From: a virus
Lineage: Duplodnaviria > Caudoviricetes
Reading direction: 5' to 3' (one strand)
IMG/VR virus record: IMGVR_UViG_3300025838_000022
Span: 32,001-96,000 of that record
DNA: 64,000 nucleotides
Below are positions 19,649 through 31,000 of the stretch, piece after piece. Position numbers and translations under genes: made by a program. The notes under the pieces were generated by a model that made no database searches, was not told the origin of the DNA, and was given only the letters and a program-made list of their open reading frames with translations. Each line of letters opens with the position of its first letter. Position 1 is the first letter of the stretch.

Positions 19649-20346
19649 CGTTGATTAACGATCAGGGTAACCAACAAAATTACGAGATTTGGATTCAGGG
19701 TATCCAGACAAGCTCGAGCACAGAGTTCTCTGCTGTACAAGTGCGTGATGCTATGCAATGGCAGCCAATTAGACGTGCAGAGCGATTCATTACTTTTCAA
19801 GCGATATGGCCTTTAATTGGTACAAGCAACGATATCCCAGTTGGGTTTGAGGACCTTGATCCACACGATGGTTTTGGCAGAATGAATAAGTTTCAGAATG
19901 CCATCCAATTGCATCAAATTTATGGTGGTATTGGATCTACCAACATACCTATGCTGCTTAACTATTATAACAACTCTGATACTACTTCTCCTATTTACAA
20001 CCCGTTAATTGGTTTGCAAAAAACAAATCTTTATTACAGAGGTTGGATTAAAAACGTAGAAAAACAATACGTTCGTTTTCAAAACTTATTTATTACTAAC
20101 TATAGTATGAATATAATTATGGATAATTATGCAGATACTCCACCAACTATTATTCAACCGCAAGCAAATGTTACTTATGCTCCAACAGCAGCAGACCAAC
20201 TCGCATACGGTTCAAGCTGGCTGAATATTAATGCAATGGCATCAGCGGCAGATAAGATTAACATCACGTACGTACCAGCGTCTGGTACACCCGTATACGA
20301 TTTATCTTCGGCTTCTGCATCTGGGAATGGTACAACAACATCATGA
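19627..20346 (+). CDS. Baseplate-module protein
   Basis: 239 aa, GGGAG SD-like sequence, ATGA overlap with the hub gene. Confidence 0.6.
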   Translation: MAGNATVTLINDQGNQQNYEIWIQGIQTSSSTEFSAVQVRDAMQWQPIRRAERFITFQAIWPLIGTSNDIPVGFEDLDPHDGFGRMNKFQNAIQLHQIYGGIGSTNIPMLLNYYNNSDTTSPIYNPLIGLQKTNLYYRGWIKNVEKQYVRFQNLFITNYSMNIIMDNYADTPPTIIQPQANVTYAPTAADQLAYGSSWLNINAMASAADKINITYVPASGTPVYDLSSASASGNGTTTS

Positions 20347-23255
20347 GTTTTAATCAATCAGGTACTTTTATTTACTCGCCGGATATTAGTGTTGCTATCA
20401 GCACTGTTAACAATGGTGTTATTGACGTATCAGCGGATATTGTCAATTTTCAAATGAGTCGTAATATTAATTCTGTTAGTACATTTAGTTGTACGCTCAA
20501 TAACCCTTTGCGCAAATACAACAGAATGATTAACACGATGGACAGAATCACTGTGTTTTTGAAAAGAACCCAGTTTGTTCAATGCTTTACTGGTCTTGTT
20601 ACGTATGCGCCTATTGAAACTCTGGTGCCAACACCGATCACAATCCAAGCAAGCTGCACACTCTATATCCTTCAGAATACATACTGGGATGACACGCTGC
20701 TTGAATTCCAGCAGCTCCTTCTTAACATGTTTGACCAGACTGCTCAGAGCACTGACCAAACACAAAACGACGGTGGTGTTGGCCAGGCATTGGTAAACGT
20801 TCTCTATAGAGTGGCTGGATGGGACCCAAATGCTATTCACGTGCAAGGAATCCCACCAAAGTTTTTAAGCAATGCTGTCCAAGCATATAAAAACATTATT
20901 ATTTCCAGCGAACTTGACCAAGCTTCTGTCGTTGAACTGGCTGCAGTACTAAGCGCCAATAGCATTACAAGTGGTAAAACAGTAGCGAATGGTGCTTATA
21001 CGTTTAATGGGCTAGAAACTTTAAATAGCAACTCTGCCCCTGATGGCGGTGTTGGTGTTAGCGTTTCTGCTTCTCAAGCAGGTGCATTTATTACACAGCC
21101 AATTGTTAATAGCAAACAAAACTTCCCAGGACCAAATACTCTTAACCCTGTAAACATTAATCAGATCACTCAAGATATTTATTACTGCTCAGCACCATGG
21201 TCTTACTTGTCCTATCAAAATATGAGTGGTTTGACAGACAAACAAAAACAAAAGAATCAGTCAATCATTGATAACGCCAAAAATTGGCTTAGCACTAACC
21301 CAGCTACCGGCAATAATGATGGCAGACTTTTGCTCGTATGTAACCAATCGACAAGCAAAGTTGTTGCTGTGAGAGCAACAAGCATTGCACAGCAACCCAA
21401 CGAATCATTAAAGGGTTACGCTGTATACGCACCCTATGTAAACTTTCTACAGTTACACCCTGGCATCGTTGCTTACCTAAATGGCAAAGTCGGTGATCCA
21501 ACTGCATGGAAGTCGACCATTGATCCAGGTGTAGCAGACATTACTTTCCAATGGGCTGATTCAACAAAAGTTTCTAGTGCAGGCAAACTCCCAGACCTTG
21601 ATTCGCCACAGTCTAAAAACTACCTTACGCCAAACCAAACAAGCCTTGGTGACCCCAGCGTAGTAAACAAAGCTCTTGACGCAATGGTATTCGCACTTGT
21701 AGGTCAGCTTGGTGACTCATATAGCGAGTCAAGTAAAGGTAGAATCAACCCAGGTGCATACGGCACTGGCACTGGATCATTTGACTGTTCAGGTCTTGCT
21801 TCATGGGCTTATAGCAAGATTGGTATCAACTTGAATGGTTGGCCTTACTGTGATACATGGTCACTTTATGGCCCTCAAACAACCCCAGGTCAGAGCCCAT
21901 CGGGTACTTACACGCAGGGCGCAGAACCTGGAACATACGGCCAATGGATTCCGAACACGCAGCAACCACAAAAGGGTGACCTTATTTTCTGGGAAGTGCC
22001 GCTTGATGCACAAGGTGTGCCACCAGGGAATCCTAACCTAAATGCACCGCAGCACGTATCTATTATGGTGGCAAACTTTGGTGATCCAGGGCCCGCAGGA
22101 ACAAAGTTTGAAGGAACAAAAGGAAACCCTGACATTGGTTACCTGATTGAATCGTCTGGCGGTTCACTTGGGCCAAACATTCAACAAATTAGTTGGAGTG
22201 CAATGGCCAATGGCCAATGGCTATACTCAGGCCAGTCATATACAGCTCGTTCTATTGGCTGCCGTAGACCTATTACGTTGCACCCAGCTTGGGGTCAAGC
22301 TGCAATGCAGAACTTTAGCATTATTGCTTCTGCACAATCGAACTCAAACATTGTTGCCCCTGGCACAAGCACAGGTACTAACCCATCGACTGCTGTTGGT
22401 GCTACATCACAGACCGCAGACCCAAATAATGCAAACCAAAGAGCAACAATTAGCATCGCTAACTCGTTTAACAACTTGATGCAAATGCCAAGTTTTGACG
22501 TAAGAGCTAGTTCTATGGTGGGAACACCTCGAGCATTTTTGCTTGACAACCCTGTGATGCAAGATATTACTCAGATCATCGGTGCTGGTTTGCGTCAGTA
22601 TATGAGTGCACCGAATGGCGACTTCGTTGCATGGTTCCCAGACTGGTATGGTGTATACGGTACTGACCCAGTGCTTGAAATTAGTCCTGTAGAGATTATT
22701 GACTTCCAGATCTACCACGATGATACACAATTGGCAACACACGTTGGTATCGTTGGTGACACTAATGGTATTGGTCAGCAAGTCAGCTTTGGAGACTATA
22801 TGACAACCAATGGTATTGTTAGCATCCAAGACGTATCAACAATGAGAATTCTTTTTGGTAATGATTTTAGCCAAAATACTGGTGCTGATGTTGCTGCAAC
22901 GCTTGCTTATACTAAGTTTTTAAATAGATATGGTATTAGACCATTTGTACAAGAACAAAATATGATTCACAGTCATATTATGGAATACATGTACGCTTTG
23001 TACACGTTTATGAATCAATGGTCTAACCAATTCTCGAGTAGTATCCAGCTTACATTCATGCCTGAACTTTATCCAGGCATGAGAGTTGTTATGAACCTTG
23101 ACGATGAACAAGGTGGCACTGTACAATACAAGTTCTACTGTACATCTGTTCAACATTCTGGCGACAGAACAAATGGGTTTACTACACAAGCAACGTTTAC
23201 TGCCCCGATGAAGGGTAATAACATTATGCACTACGGATTGAATATTGGATCATAA
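20343..23255 (+). CDS. Baseplate hub with an inserted NlpC/P60 domain
   Basis: Hub-like N and C termini (FMPELYPGMR...VQHS). Internal FDCSGL...KGDLIFW...HVSI NlpC/P60 motifs. Confidence 0.8.
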   Translation: MSFNQSGTFIYSPDISVAISTVNNGVIDVSADIVNFQMSRNINSVSTFSCTLNNPLRKYNRMINTMDRITVFLKRTQFVQCFTGLVTYAPIETLVPTPITIQASCTLYILQNTYWDDTLLEFQQLLLNMFDQTAQSTDQTQNDGGVGQALVNVLYRVAGWDPNAIHVQGIPPKFLSNAVQAYKNIIISSELDQASVVELAAVLSANSITSGKTVANGAYTFNGLETLNSNSAPDGGVGVSVSASQAGAFITQPIVNSKQNFPGPNTLNPVNINQITQDIYYCSAPWSYLSYQNMSGLTDKQKQKNQSIIDNAKNWLSTNPATGNNDGRLLLVCNQSTSKVVAVRATSIAQQPNESLKGYAVYAPYVNFLQLHPGIVAYLNGKVGDPTAWKSTIDPGVADITFQWADSTKVSSAGKLPDLDSPQSKNYLTPNQTSLGDPSVVNKALDAMVFALVGQLGDSYSESSKGRINPGAYGTGTGSFDCSGLASWAYSKIGINLNGWPYCDTWSLYGPQTTPGQSPSGTYTQGAEPGTYGQWIPNTQQPQKGDLIFWEVPLDAQGVPPGNPNLNAPQHVSIMVANFGDPGPAGTKFEGTKGNPDIGYLIESSGGSLGPNIQQISWSAMANGQWLYSGQSYTARSIGCRRPITLHPAWGQAAMQNFSIIASAQSNSNIVAPGTSTGTNPSTAVGATSQTADPNNANQRATISIANSFNNLMQMPSFDVRASSMVGTPRAFLLDNPVMQDITQIIGAGLRQYMSAPNGDFVAWFPDWYGVYGTDPVLEISPVEIIDFQIYHDDTQLATHVGIVGDTNGIGQQVSFGDYMTTNGIVSIQDVSTMRILFGNDFSQNTGADVAATLAYTKFLNRYGIRPFVQEQNMIHSHIMEYMYALYTFMNQWSNQFSSSIQLTFMPELYPGMRVVMNLDDEQGGTVQYKFYCTSVQHSGDRTNGFTTQATFTAPMKGNNIMHYGLNIGS

Positions 23256-24052
23256 TGAGCGTTTCAGGAAGACAATACGATAGAAACAGTGGCGTGAGAA
23301 GAGTGGTCTTAACCACTGGACCAATTCTTCACCCGCTCAGTAAAGCACCCAATGCTTCGCAAAATTATTATTGCCTTGCCTTGGACATGAAGGGTTTTCA
23401 AGTCCAAATTGACTTGCAAGCTATCCCAGCCGGAGTAACCCTCCAACAAATTCAGCCAAATCAGGTATGGTGGGTAGAGAAGCGAACAACTTTATACAGG
23501 CTTTACTTGTATGGTGGAACAATGGATCCACAAACGCGTCAGATTGATAGTACAGGGTTGTTGCCTAATGATACAACTGCTAAGTATTACGCTAATTACT
23601 ACAGCACTGTAACCCAAACAGCCCCTTTAGCTAATACACCATATGCGACTACCTATAACGTAACATCAGATGCTAATGGTTTCAATGTAGACTCTACGGG
23701 TAGTCAAATTACAGCACAGTATGCCGGAACCTATCAGTTTATCTTTACAGCACAAATCATCAACAATAATTCATCAGGAACTGCCACTAACAATATTAGT
23801 TTTTGGTGCAGAATAAACGGTGTAGATGCACCTTGGAGTGCTGGTGAATACACAAGTTTTTCAAAGGGTGGCGGCGTTACACCAGGTTTGGTAGGAAGTT
23901 GGAATTTTATTGCTGAAATGGAAGCTGGGGATTATCTACAGCTGATGTGGGGCGTAGACAACTCCAGCAATTATTTGCAACTTGTAGCACAGCCAAACCC
24001 ACCATACGGACCAGCTGTGCCGTCTGTAACCATAACAGCACAGCAAATATAA
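23255..24052 (+). CDS. Baseplate spike or tip protein with a C1q/BclA-like C-terminal domain
   Basis: Follows the hub gene. AGTYQF.F..Q...ISFW.RING...AGDYLQLMW jelly-roll pattern. Confidence 0.55.
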   Translation: MSVSGRQYDRNSGVRRVVLTTGPILHPLSKAPNASQNYYCLALDMKGFQVQIDLQAIPAGVTLQQIQPNQVWWVEKRTTLYRLYLYGGTMDPQTRQIDSTGLLPNDTTAKYYANYYSTVTQTAPLANTPYATTYNVTSDANGFNVDSTGSQITAQYAGTYQFIFTAQIINNNSSGTATNNISFWCRINGVDAPWSAGEYTSFSKGGGVTPGLVGSWNFIAEMEAGDYLQLMWGVDNSSNYLQLVAQPNPPYGPAVPSVTITAQQI

Positions 24053-24082
24053 TGTACTACAACCCTTATTTTGCATAAGATA
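24053..24082 (+). promoter_or_regulatory. Candidate late promoter
   Basis: TGTA-N12-TTTTGC-ATA-AGATA, ending 2 nt before the ATG at 24085. Confidence 0.45.
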
Positions 24083-24084
24083 TT

Positions 24085-24534
24085 ATGAAGACGATTACAG
24101 TTAGCAATGGCGATATCCAGTTAAACAATGGTAAAATACAGTTTGTCACAGGCCAAAATAAATTGATTCAAGACATCCAGCTGTGGCTTATGGAGCCTCT
24201 TGGAACTGGTTTTACCACACCAAACTTTGGTAGTCTTCTAGTTGGTATGGTTGGTGGTGCCCAAAATGGTGCCACACAAAGCACCATAACCAATGAAATT
24301 AAAAGAGTATTACAGCTTTACCAGGCTCAACAAGTATATAATCTTAAAAACGCTCAGAACACAGCTACATTGGCCAATTGGAACAGATCTGAAATTATAC
24401 AAAGTATTAATTCTGTAAACGTTTCTGTGCAAAATTCAACTGCAGTAGCAAATGTTAGTTTATTGACATTGGCAAACAGCACAATTAATATTAATGTAAT
24501 TATCAATAGCAATGGAGTCAGTGTAAATGGCTGA
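24085..24534 (+). CDS. Baseplate wedge protein (gp25-like)
   Basis: NGDI...KLIQD...EPLG...PNFGS motif of the gp25 family. Confidence 0.75.
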   Translation: MKTITVSNGDIQLNNGKIQFVTGQNKLIQDIQLWLMEPLGTGFTTPNFGSLLVGMVGGAQNGATQSTITNEIKRVLQLYQAQQVYNLKNAQNTATLANWNRSEIIQSINSVNVSVQNSTAVANVSLLTLANSTININVIINSNGVSVNG

Positions 24535-27040
24535 TACAACAGGTGTACTTGCCAGACTGCAGGCAGCATTATCTATCTATGACCCAACATGGGACGTTAG
24601 CCCAGGTAGCGCCACCTACAAGATTCTGGAGTCTGTAGCGCAAGAGATCGCTATAGCCAATAACAATTCGACGCTACAAACATATAGCTACGATATCAAT
24701 ACAAAGTTCGGTGCCGAGCTTGACGCATTCACCAACCTTTTTGGTGTTTATCGCCAGTTGGGTAAAAGAGCTTCTGGCCTTGTAACATTCTCTACCGGTG
24801 GAACCGCTGCGACCTCCATTCTTGACATCCCAGTGGGTACTCAGGTCGCCGTGCCAATTAGCACTGGGTACGTTTCGGCAGTTTACTTCTCAACAACAGC
24901 CCCAGCCATTATTGGTATCGGTGACACTTCTACTGACGTTCCCGTAGTTGCTACAATTCCAGGAATTGTTGGCAACGTACCGGCTAATACCATCACCAGC
25001 ATGACTAGCACCATTGTTGGTGTTACCACGGTAAACAATGCCAATGCTATGACTGGCGGTATTGATCCTGAGTCTGACACAGCTCTTAGAAGCAGATGGC
25101 AAAATACTGCTTTCAACAACACTACGGGTACTTACGGTAAATATAACCTTACCGCTTTGCAGAACCCGAATGTAACTTACGCCAACTCCATTGGGCCAGA
25201 AACGTTTTACTCTGAGCAGTTGCAGATCAATTCAACGCTCGGTGCAACAGCTAGTGGTGGTACAGCAACATTAAACCTCGTTGCATACAGTGGCATGACT
25301 GTCAATAACGTTACCTATAGTGGTGCCACAACAGTGACTGGTATGACCATTAGTGGAACAACCACTCCAGCATTTTTGCAAACAACTTTAAACGCAATGA
25401 TCTCTGGAGTTTATCCATCCATTGTTCTGAATAGCGGTTTTGCTTATACAGTATCAGGCAACAACAATATTCTTAACCTTGGAGCGACAGGGACATTCAC
25501 AATTAGCACAACGCTGCCTAGCCCGTACCGATTGCTTATGGCCGGTAGCGGTGGCACTGCAACAAACAGCGGCATTACTAGTAGTGGTAACTATTACTTT
25601 TACGACTACGTAACTTCAAACAACCCAGACGTTGGTGTATCTGGTACGCTTTCCTACAATGATGGCAACACCGTCTCAGGTTCGCCTTCATTCTCAGGCC
25701 AATATGCTTTCAACGGTTTGTTGTACCCACAAGGGAATGAACTTATTGGTAACAATATTAATGCTTGGAATCAAACAGTTTATTCTAACAATACTGATTA
25801 TTATTACCCAAGTGGTACGTTAACACCACCTTTAACATTAAACATTATTAATGGGACTAACAATACAAACTTGTTTAATGGTAATACAATCCAAGTAATT
25901 TCAGAATACATTCCAGCTGCTAGTAGAACAATTTCCGTTTCTAGTGGTAACTTTGTGGATATTTTTGTTAATGGTACAACAGCTGCCGTTGCTCAATCAC
26001 AATCTGTTTTTAACACCACTTTTACTTTGTCTTCAGGCAACAATGCAAAGTATTTGAACACAAACTACTATATTCTTGCCAGTGGTGCGATTGCGTCTCA
26101 AAACACTGCTACGTCTAACGACATTTATGTGCCACTTGATTTTCAACCAGTTATCAACTTTCCTAGCCAGTTGAGCACAGCAACAAGCGGTGTTGCAGAT
26201 ACTGTATTTCTTTTCAACCCAACGACTGGCAGCGGAGTAACATACCCAATTGCTCTTAATAGATACCCTTACATTTCTTTCAGTGGTACAGTCGCTTCAG
26301 GATCTGCTGCTTCTGGAACAAACTTTATAAACGTAACGAATGCTAATACATTCCTTTATCCAGGACTTGCGCTTGCGAACAATAACTTGATTGTTTCCGG
26401 ATCTCAGTACTACATCAGTAGCGTTTCTAGCAGTGGTATTACATTGAATAAGAACGTAAGCAGCAGTGGAACTAACGTTGTTTTGAGTGGTAAAGCACTG
26501 GTCTATCCAGTTTACGATAACAGCATCAACCAGAATAGTGTATTCGATACAACGGGATTGGCATTTGTGCCTGGTGCAGGACCGTCTGGCTGGCCAACGT
26601 TGCAATCAACAAACGGTTATATTTCTTACACTTATAACTACAATAGCGATGTTGTATCTGTAGAGAATCTTATCCAGCAGAGTAGGCCAATTGGTGTTAA
26701 TACATTGGTGCACATTGCTTCTTTTATCCCCTTGGTGATCAACGCAACGATCGTTGCTGTCAACGGATATAGCTTGAGCACAATTGAATCAAATATTTAC
26801 AATCAGATTAGTTCTTTGTTCGGTAAGTATTCTTACCTAGGAACAATCTCGTTTGCTAACTTAAACACAAACATTTTGAACGTTCCTGGCGTTGCCAACT
26901 CAAAAGTGACAAGCGTCTCTGTTGTTGCTTATGATGGCACGATTATCAACACGTTCACAAAAGACTTTAACCTTGCTAGTAACCAATTGCCACAACTCAG
27001 CTCGATTAATTTTACGGTTAGAGGGGCAAGCAACTTCTAA
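24527..27040 (+). CDS. Baseplate J-like wedge protein with a large central insertion
   Basis: GAELD.F..LFG..R, GNVPANTI, GGIDPESD.ALR and C-terminal NVPGV baseplate-J motifs. Confidence 0.85.
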   Translation: MADTTGVLARLQAALSIYDPTWDVSPGSATYKILESVAQEIAIANNNSTLQTYSYDINTKFGAELDAFTNLFGVYRQLGKRASGLVTFSTGGTAATSILDIPVGTQVAVPISTGYVSAVYFSTTAPAIIGIGDTSTDVPVVATIPGIVGNVPANTITSMTSTIVGVTTVNNANAMTGGIDPESDTALRSRWQNTAFNNTTGTYGKYNLTALQNPNVTYANSIGPETFYSEQLQINSTLGATASGGTATLNLVAYSGMTVNNVTYSGATTVTGMTISGTTTPAFLQTTLNAMISGVYPSIVLNSGFAYTVSGNNNILNLGATGTFTISTTLPSPYRLLMAGSGGTATNSGITSSGNYYFYDYVTSNNPDVGVSGTLSYNDGNTVSGSPSFSGQYAFNGLLYPQGNELIGNNINAWNQTVYSNNTDYYYPSGTLTPPLTLNIINGTNNTNLFNGNTIQVISEYIPAASRTISVSSGNFVDIFVNGTTAAVAQSQSVFNTTFTLSSGNNAKYLNTNYYILASGAIASQNTATSNDIYVPLDFQPVINFPSQLSTATSGVADTVFLFNPTTGSGVTYPIALNRYPYISFSGTVASGSAASGTNFINVTNANTFLYPGLALANNNLIVSGSQYYISSVSSSGITLNKNVSSSGTNVVLSGKALVYPVYDNSINQNSVFDTTGLAFVPGAGPSGWPTLQSTNGYISYTYNYNSDVVSVENLIQQSRPIGVNTLVHIASFIPLVINATIVAVNGYSLSTIESNIYNQISSLFGKYSYLGTISFANLNTNILNVPGVANSKVTSVSVVAYDGTIINTFTKDFNLASNQLPQLSSINFTVRGASNF

Positions 27041-28008
27041 TGGCTGGCAACCTGTTCCCAATTAATCTTCACTCCACCTTTTTACAGAAGGTGTCTAATT
27101 TCCCTGAACAGGTATACAACTTCAATGACGGTGATAATCTCACTACATTAATGAAAATCCTTTTGGGTAACAGTGGGACAGGGCAGTTAAACAACATTCA
27201 ACTTGTAGCAAGACTTAGTCAGCAACAAATTGAATTTAGTAACTTGGACAACATTCTTGGTATTATTCTTGATATCAGCAGATCTTCTTCTGAAATCTAT
27301 AAGTTTTCTACCAACCCATTTATTGACCAACTGTTACAAACTCAATGGCAAGAAGTAATTACTAAGGATGCTAGCTACCGAGAACGCCTCCTTGGTGCCG
27401 CCGAAGCTTTTCAAATTGGTTGTACGCTTTGGGGGATCCTTACCCTGTGTGAAGCATTAACACAAATGAATTTTTACGTTGTAGAATCCTGGAGAACCCC
27501 CGGGTATGGGCGAGCAATCAACAGCCAAAAAGAAATCGTTTTAATCCCACTAGTTGATAACAATAGTTTTTTTACTTGGGATCAATCAAAAGCTTATTTA
27601 ATTCTACAAACAATACAAAAAATTTTATTTTTTGATATGCAAATTAGCTTTGGTACGCCTATTACAACTTTTACTACGTACTCAGGTGCTAATGTAACTG
27701 TTACTACATCAGGCGTCACTGCAGTGCCGAGTGGGTATTGCAATTATTTTTATCTGCAACCAACAGTTAATAGCACACAAATTTCTACGCCAGCAATCAT
27801 TACTCCTGGTGCAAATACACGATACTGGGTGCAAAACAATGCTAACACGCAAGCCCCATGGTTTGCTCACTTGCAAACACAAGAAACATCTATTGATTTA
27901 ACTGGTAATATTATTTCTGCTACTTCATCTGACAATGCACCTAGTGTTAACCAAAGCATTGCTAATTCTTTGATGGAAGTAACATCTACTATGTATGGTG
28001 CACAATAA
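27040..28008 (+). CDS. Baseplate wedge protein (gpI-like)
   Basis: Follows baseplate J. DASYRERL...GCT..GI motif. Confidence 0.6.
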   Translation: MAGNLFPINLHSTFLQKVSNFPEQVYNFNDGDNLTTLMKILLGNSGTGQLNNIQLVARLSQQQIEFSNLDNILGIILDISRSSSEIYKFSTNPFIDQLLQTQWQEVITKDASYRERLLGAAEAFQIGCTLWGILTLCEALTQMNFYVVESWRTPGYGRAINSQKEIVLIPLVDNNSFFTWDQSKAYLILQTIQKILFFDMQISFGTPITTFTTYSGANVTVTTSGVTAVPSGYCNYFYLQPTVNSTQISTPAIITPGANTRYWVQNNANTQAPWFAHLQTQETSIDLTGNIISATSSDNAPSVNQSIANSLMEVTSTMYGAQ

Positions 28009-31000
28009 TGTCTATTATTCCTAACAATACAGATCCATTAAAAGATTATGTAACACCAAATGTTAACCCACCATTAACTATTAATGGTTTAGTTTTTAAT
28101 AAGATCTACGGTTACACCGGCGTTGTTGATGCATTAAACAATACTACTTCATCATATTATAATGATCCAACAGTTAATACTGTAAGCACAAATAATGGTT
28201 TAATTAGTCTAAATAAAAACATTAACACGTATTGGATTTCTAATACTGATTTTGGTGGTAATAATAGTGCACCAGTTGTTTTAACGTATAATCTTGTTAA
28301 TACAATTTACTACAATAATATTTCTTTTGATATTCTTAACGTGCCATGCTACGTAGAACTCTTGGATAATAATGGCAATAATCTACCAGGAGCTTCTACG
28401 TTCACAATTGTTGGTGGCGATGATATTTTTACCAGAGACAACTGGATCAGATTAAACTATGACGCACCTACCAACCCTTATCCGGCAACAGTTTCGGGTA
28501 CTGGTGGCACAAGCACTTTCTCATACCCCTTGACTGGCTTAACAAGTATTAAAGTCAGAATCACCCGAAACAAGCAGGTGCAGACTAGCAGCGCCGCATT
28601 TGGTCTTGCAAATGTAGCATACTCTGTTGGCCTGCAAAACTTTAGAGTAAAACTAAACGTAAAAGGTTTGTCAGATATCCCATCTGCAGTGGTTAGCGGA
28701 ACTCAAAATATTATCACACAAAACGGTTTTGGGTTTGTAGAAAGCTACGCTTACACAGCCAACAACCAAAGCAATATTTTTGTCAACGACTCAACGTATT
28801 GGAAATCTTCACCGCAACCGACTAAAGACTCTGTTGTTTTCTTTTATGCAAAGATCAGCGACCCCACACCAACTGTTGTAAACCGCTTGTACATCGATCC
28901 TATTTACAGTGGTTGTAAGTTTAACGTTTACTATACGACGCAAAGTACATCCAGTGGGACTGTAGACCCTGGAACTTTTACATGGACACCAATCCAAAGA
29001 GATTTTTCTCTGCGCAAAGGTATTTATAAAATTCCTAAAATTTCATGCACGTATTTGAAGTTTGAATTTACCTCTTTGGTGCCAGAAGCTTATGATTTGC
29101 CTTTTGACTCTGTGAATAGAACCATCAATGTTTTCCCATATGATGTTGAGCAGTACTACGACAACCTTGAACAGGATATCGCCAATGCCAACGCGGTGAA
29201 GTACTCAACATATGGGAACGCAAACCTTAGAACGCAACCACAGAACAGCAATCAGCTGAGTGCTTCTACCGTTTTTGGTGTTTCTAACAATACAATTGGG
29301 TCACAGAGTAATTGGCAAAGCCTTAGTCAACTTAATACGACACAACTTGGTAGCTTTACTACAACTAGTTTATCAACTAGTTCTCAAATTTTTGATCCAA
29401 GCATTAGTTACAAATTGTTAGATTCCAATGGCAATTATAACCAAACTTCTTATACGCAATTCTTGCAAAGACGCTTTTACAATACAAGAGTTCATAGCTA
29501 TGCATCTATCAGTATTAATCAAACATGGCACCAGGCTTACTACGTTGGCATTAGATTTTTAAACTTTTTCTATGAGCAACGGTACGATGACCTACAAGCA
29601 ATCCCAGGCCAGTTGATAGCAAAGAATGCTACAACCAGTGGATTTGTTTCTCAGGATGTTAATTACGTCGGTTTGAACCCTGACGATACGGCAACAACAC
29701 CTTGGTTTTCCACAATTGATACTTTTACCAGCTTTAATATCGCTGGACTTACAACTGACTGGAAAAGTTTTATTACACAGGGTGCTCCATTAAGCCAGGA
29801 TCCAACCATCCTAAATGGTCCAGTCAATGGGAATTTATCTACAGCACAAATTGCCAGCATGGTCGTTGGCTACGGAACGACTCCACAGTACGTCGGGAAT
29901 CTTGGCTCGAGCTCAATTTATTCTGTTTCTGGCACTACAAGTGGACAAACGTATGGTATTAAATCAATCGGGTATAACACAACAAATAATTTGCTAAACT
30001 ACTACGATGCAAACTTCTTGTCTACCAATGGTAACTGGTATGGGTTGGCATCAACAAGCGTAACTGGAACGTCGGTCAACTGGACCCAGACAATCAGTGG
30101 AGCAACCTACAGTGGCACCGCAAGCGGCATTACGGTGAGCGGAGGATCATACGTTGCTGCTTACAACTTTACTTTGCCCAATGTTTACAGCCCAAGCGGT
30201 ACAACGCCATGGACTACGCAACTTGGTAGCTCATCGTTGGGTGTTGTTGGATTCGCCAGTTATGTACCAGCAACAGGCATTAATTATTACTTCTTAACTA
30301 ATGTGCAATCTACTGGAACACAAAGTGTAACAATGTACACGCGTTTTATTAACGCTTCTACAAGCGGTGTTATCGCAAACACTACGGTTACTGGTAGCAC
30401 AGTATCCCTGTCCGCTGCATCTGGGTCTACTGTTATTACAGCAACTGGTACAAACTATAACTCAAGCATTCCAAGCAATACAATCCAGGTTGTGTTGAGT
30501 GGCTCTGCTGCTGTTCCGTATCAGGTATACCAAGCTGGTGTTTTTTCGACGCCAACCACTCAATGGATAAGCCCTTCTGACCGCACAAATATGCGTGTTA
30601 GTGGTGTTGCAAGAATGTTCTTGCCAGTAACAAACTATGGAACATACCGAATTAGTTTGTATGCAGTAAACACAACAGGAACAACAGTTGAAATTGCTTA
30701 CAGAGTGTATCAGGGTAATCAACTGCCTTTGAATACTTGGTTTGATATAGAAGTTTTTAGTTACACGACAATTAACTACACAAGTTTTTATGCTCAAGTT
30801 CAGCAAACTAATACAGCTGTCAATGAGCAATTCTATGTTGCAATGTTGGCTCCTTTCTACCACCCTGTTCGTTATGAATACATCACCCAAAGCGGTGCTA
30901 CTAACTGGCAACCCGTTATCTATGGTGTAAACAACCCGAATGTGTTTATCTCGACTGCCTCAGGATTGCCAGCAAGCGGCATTCAGGTACGCATGACAGC

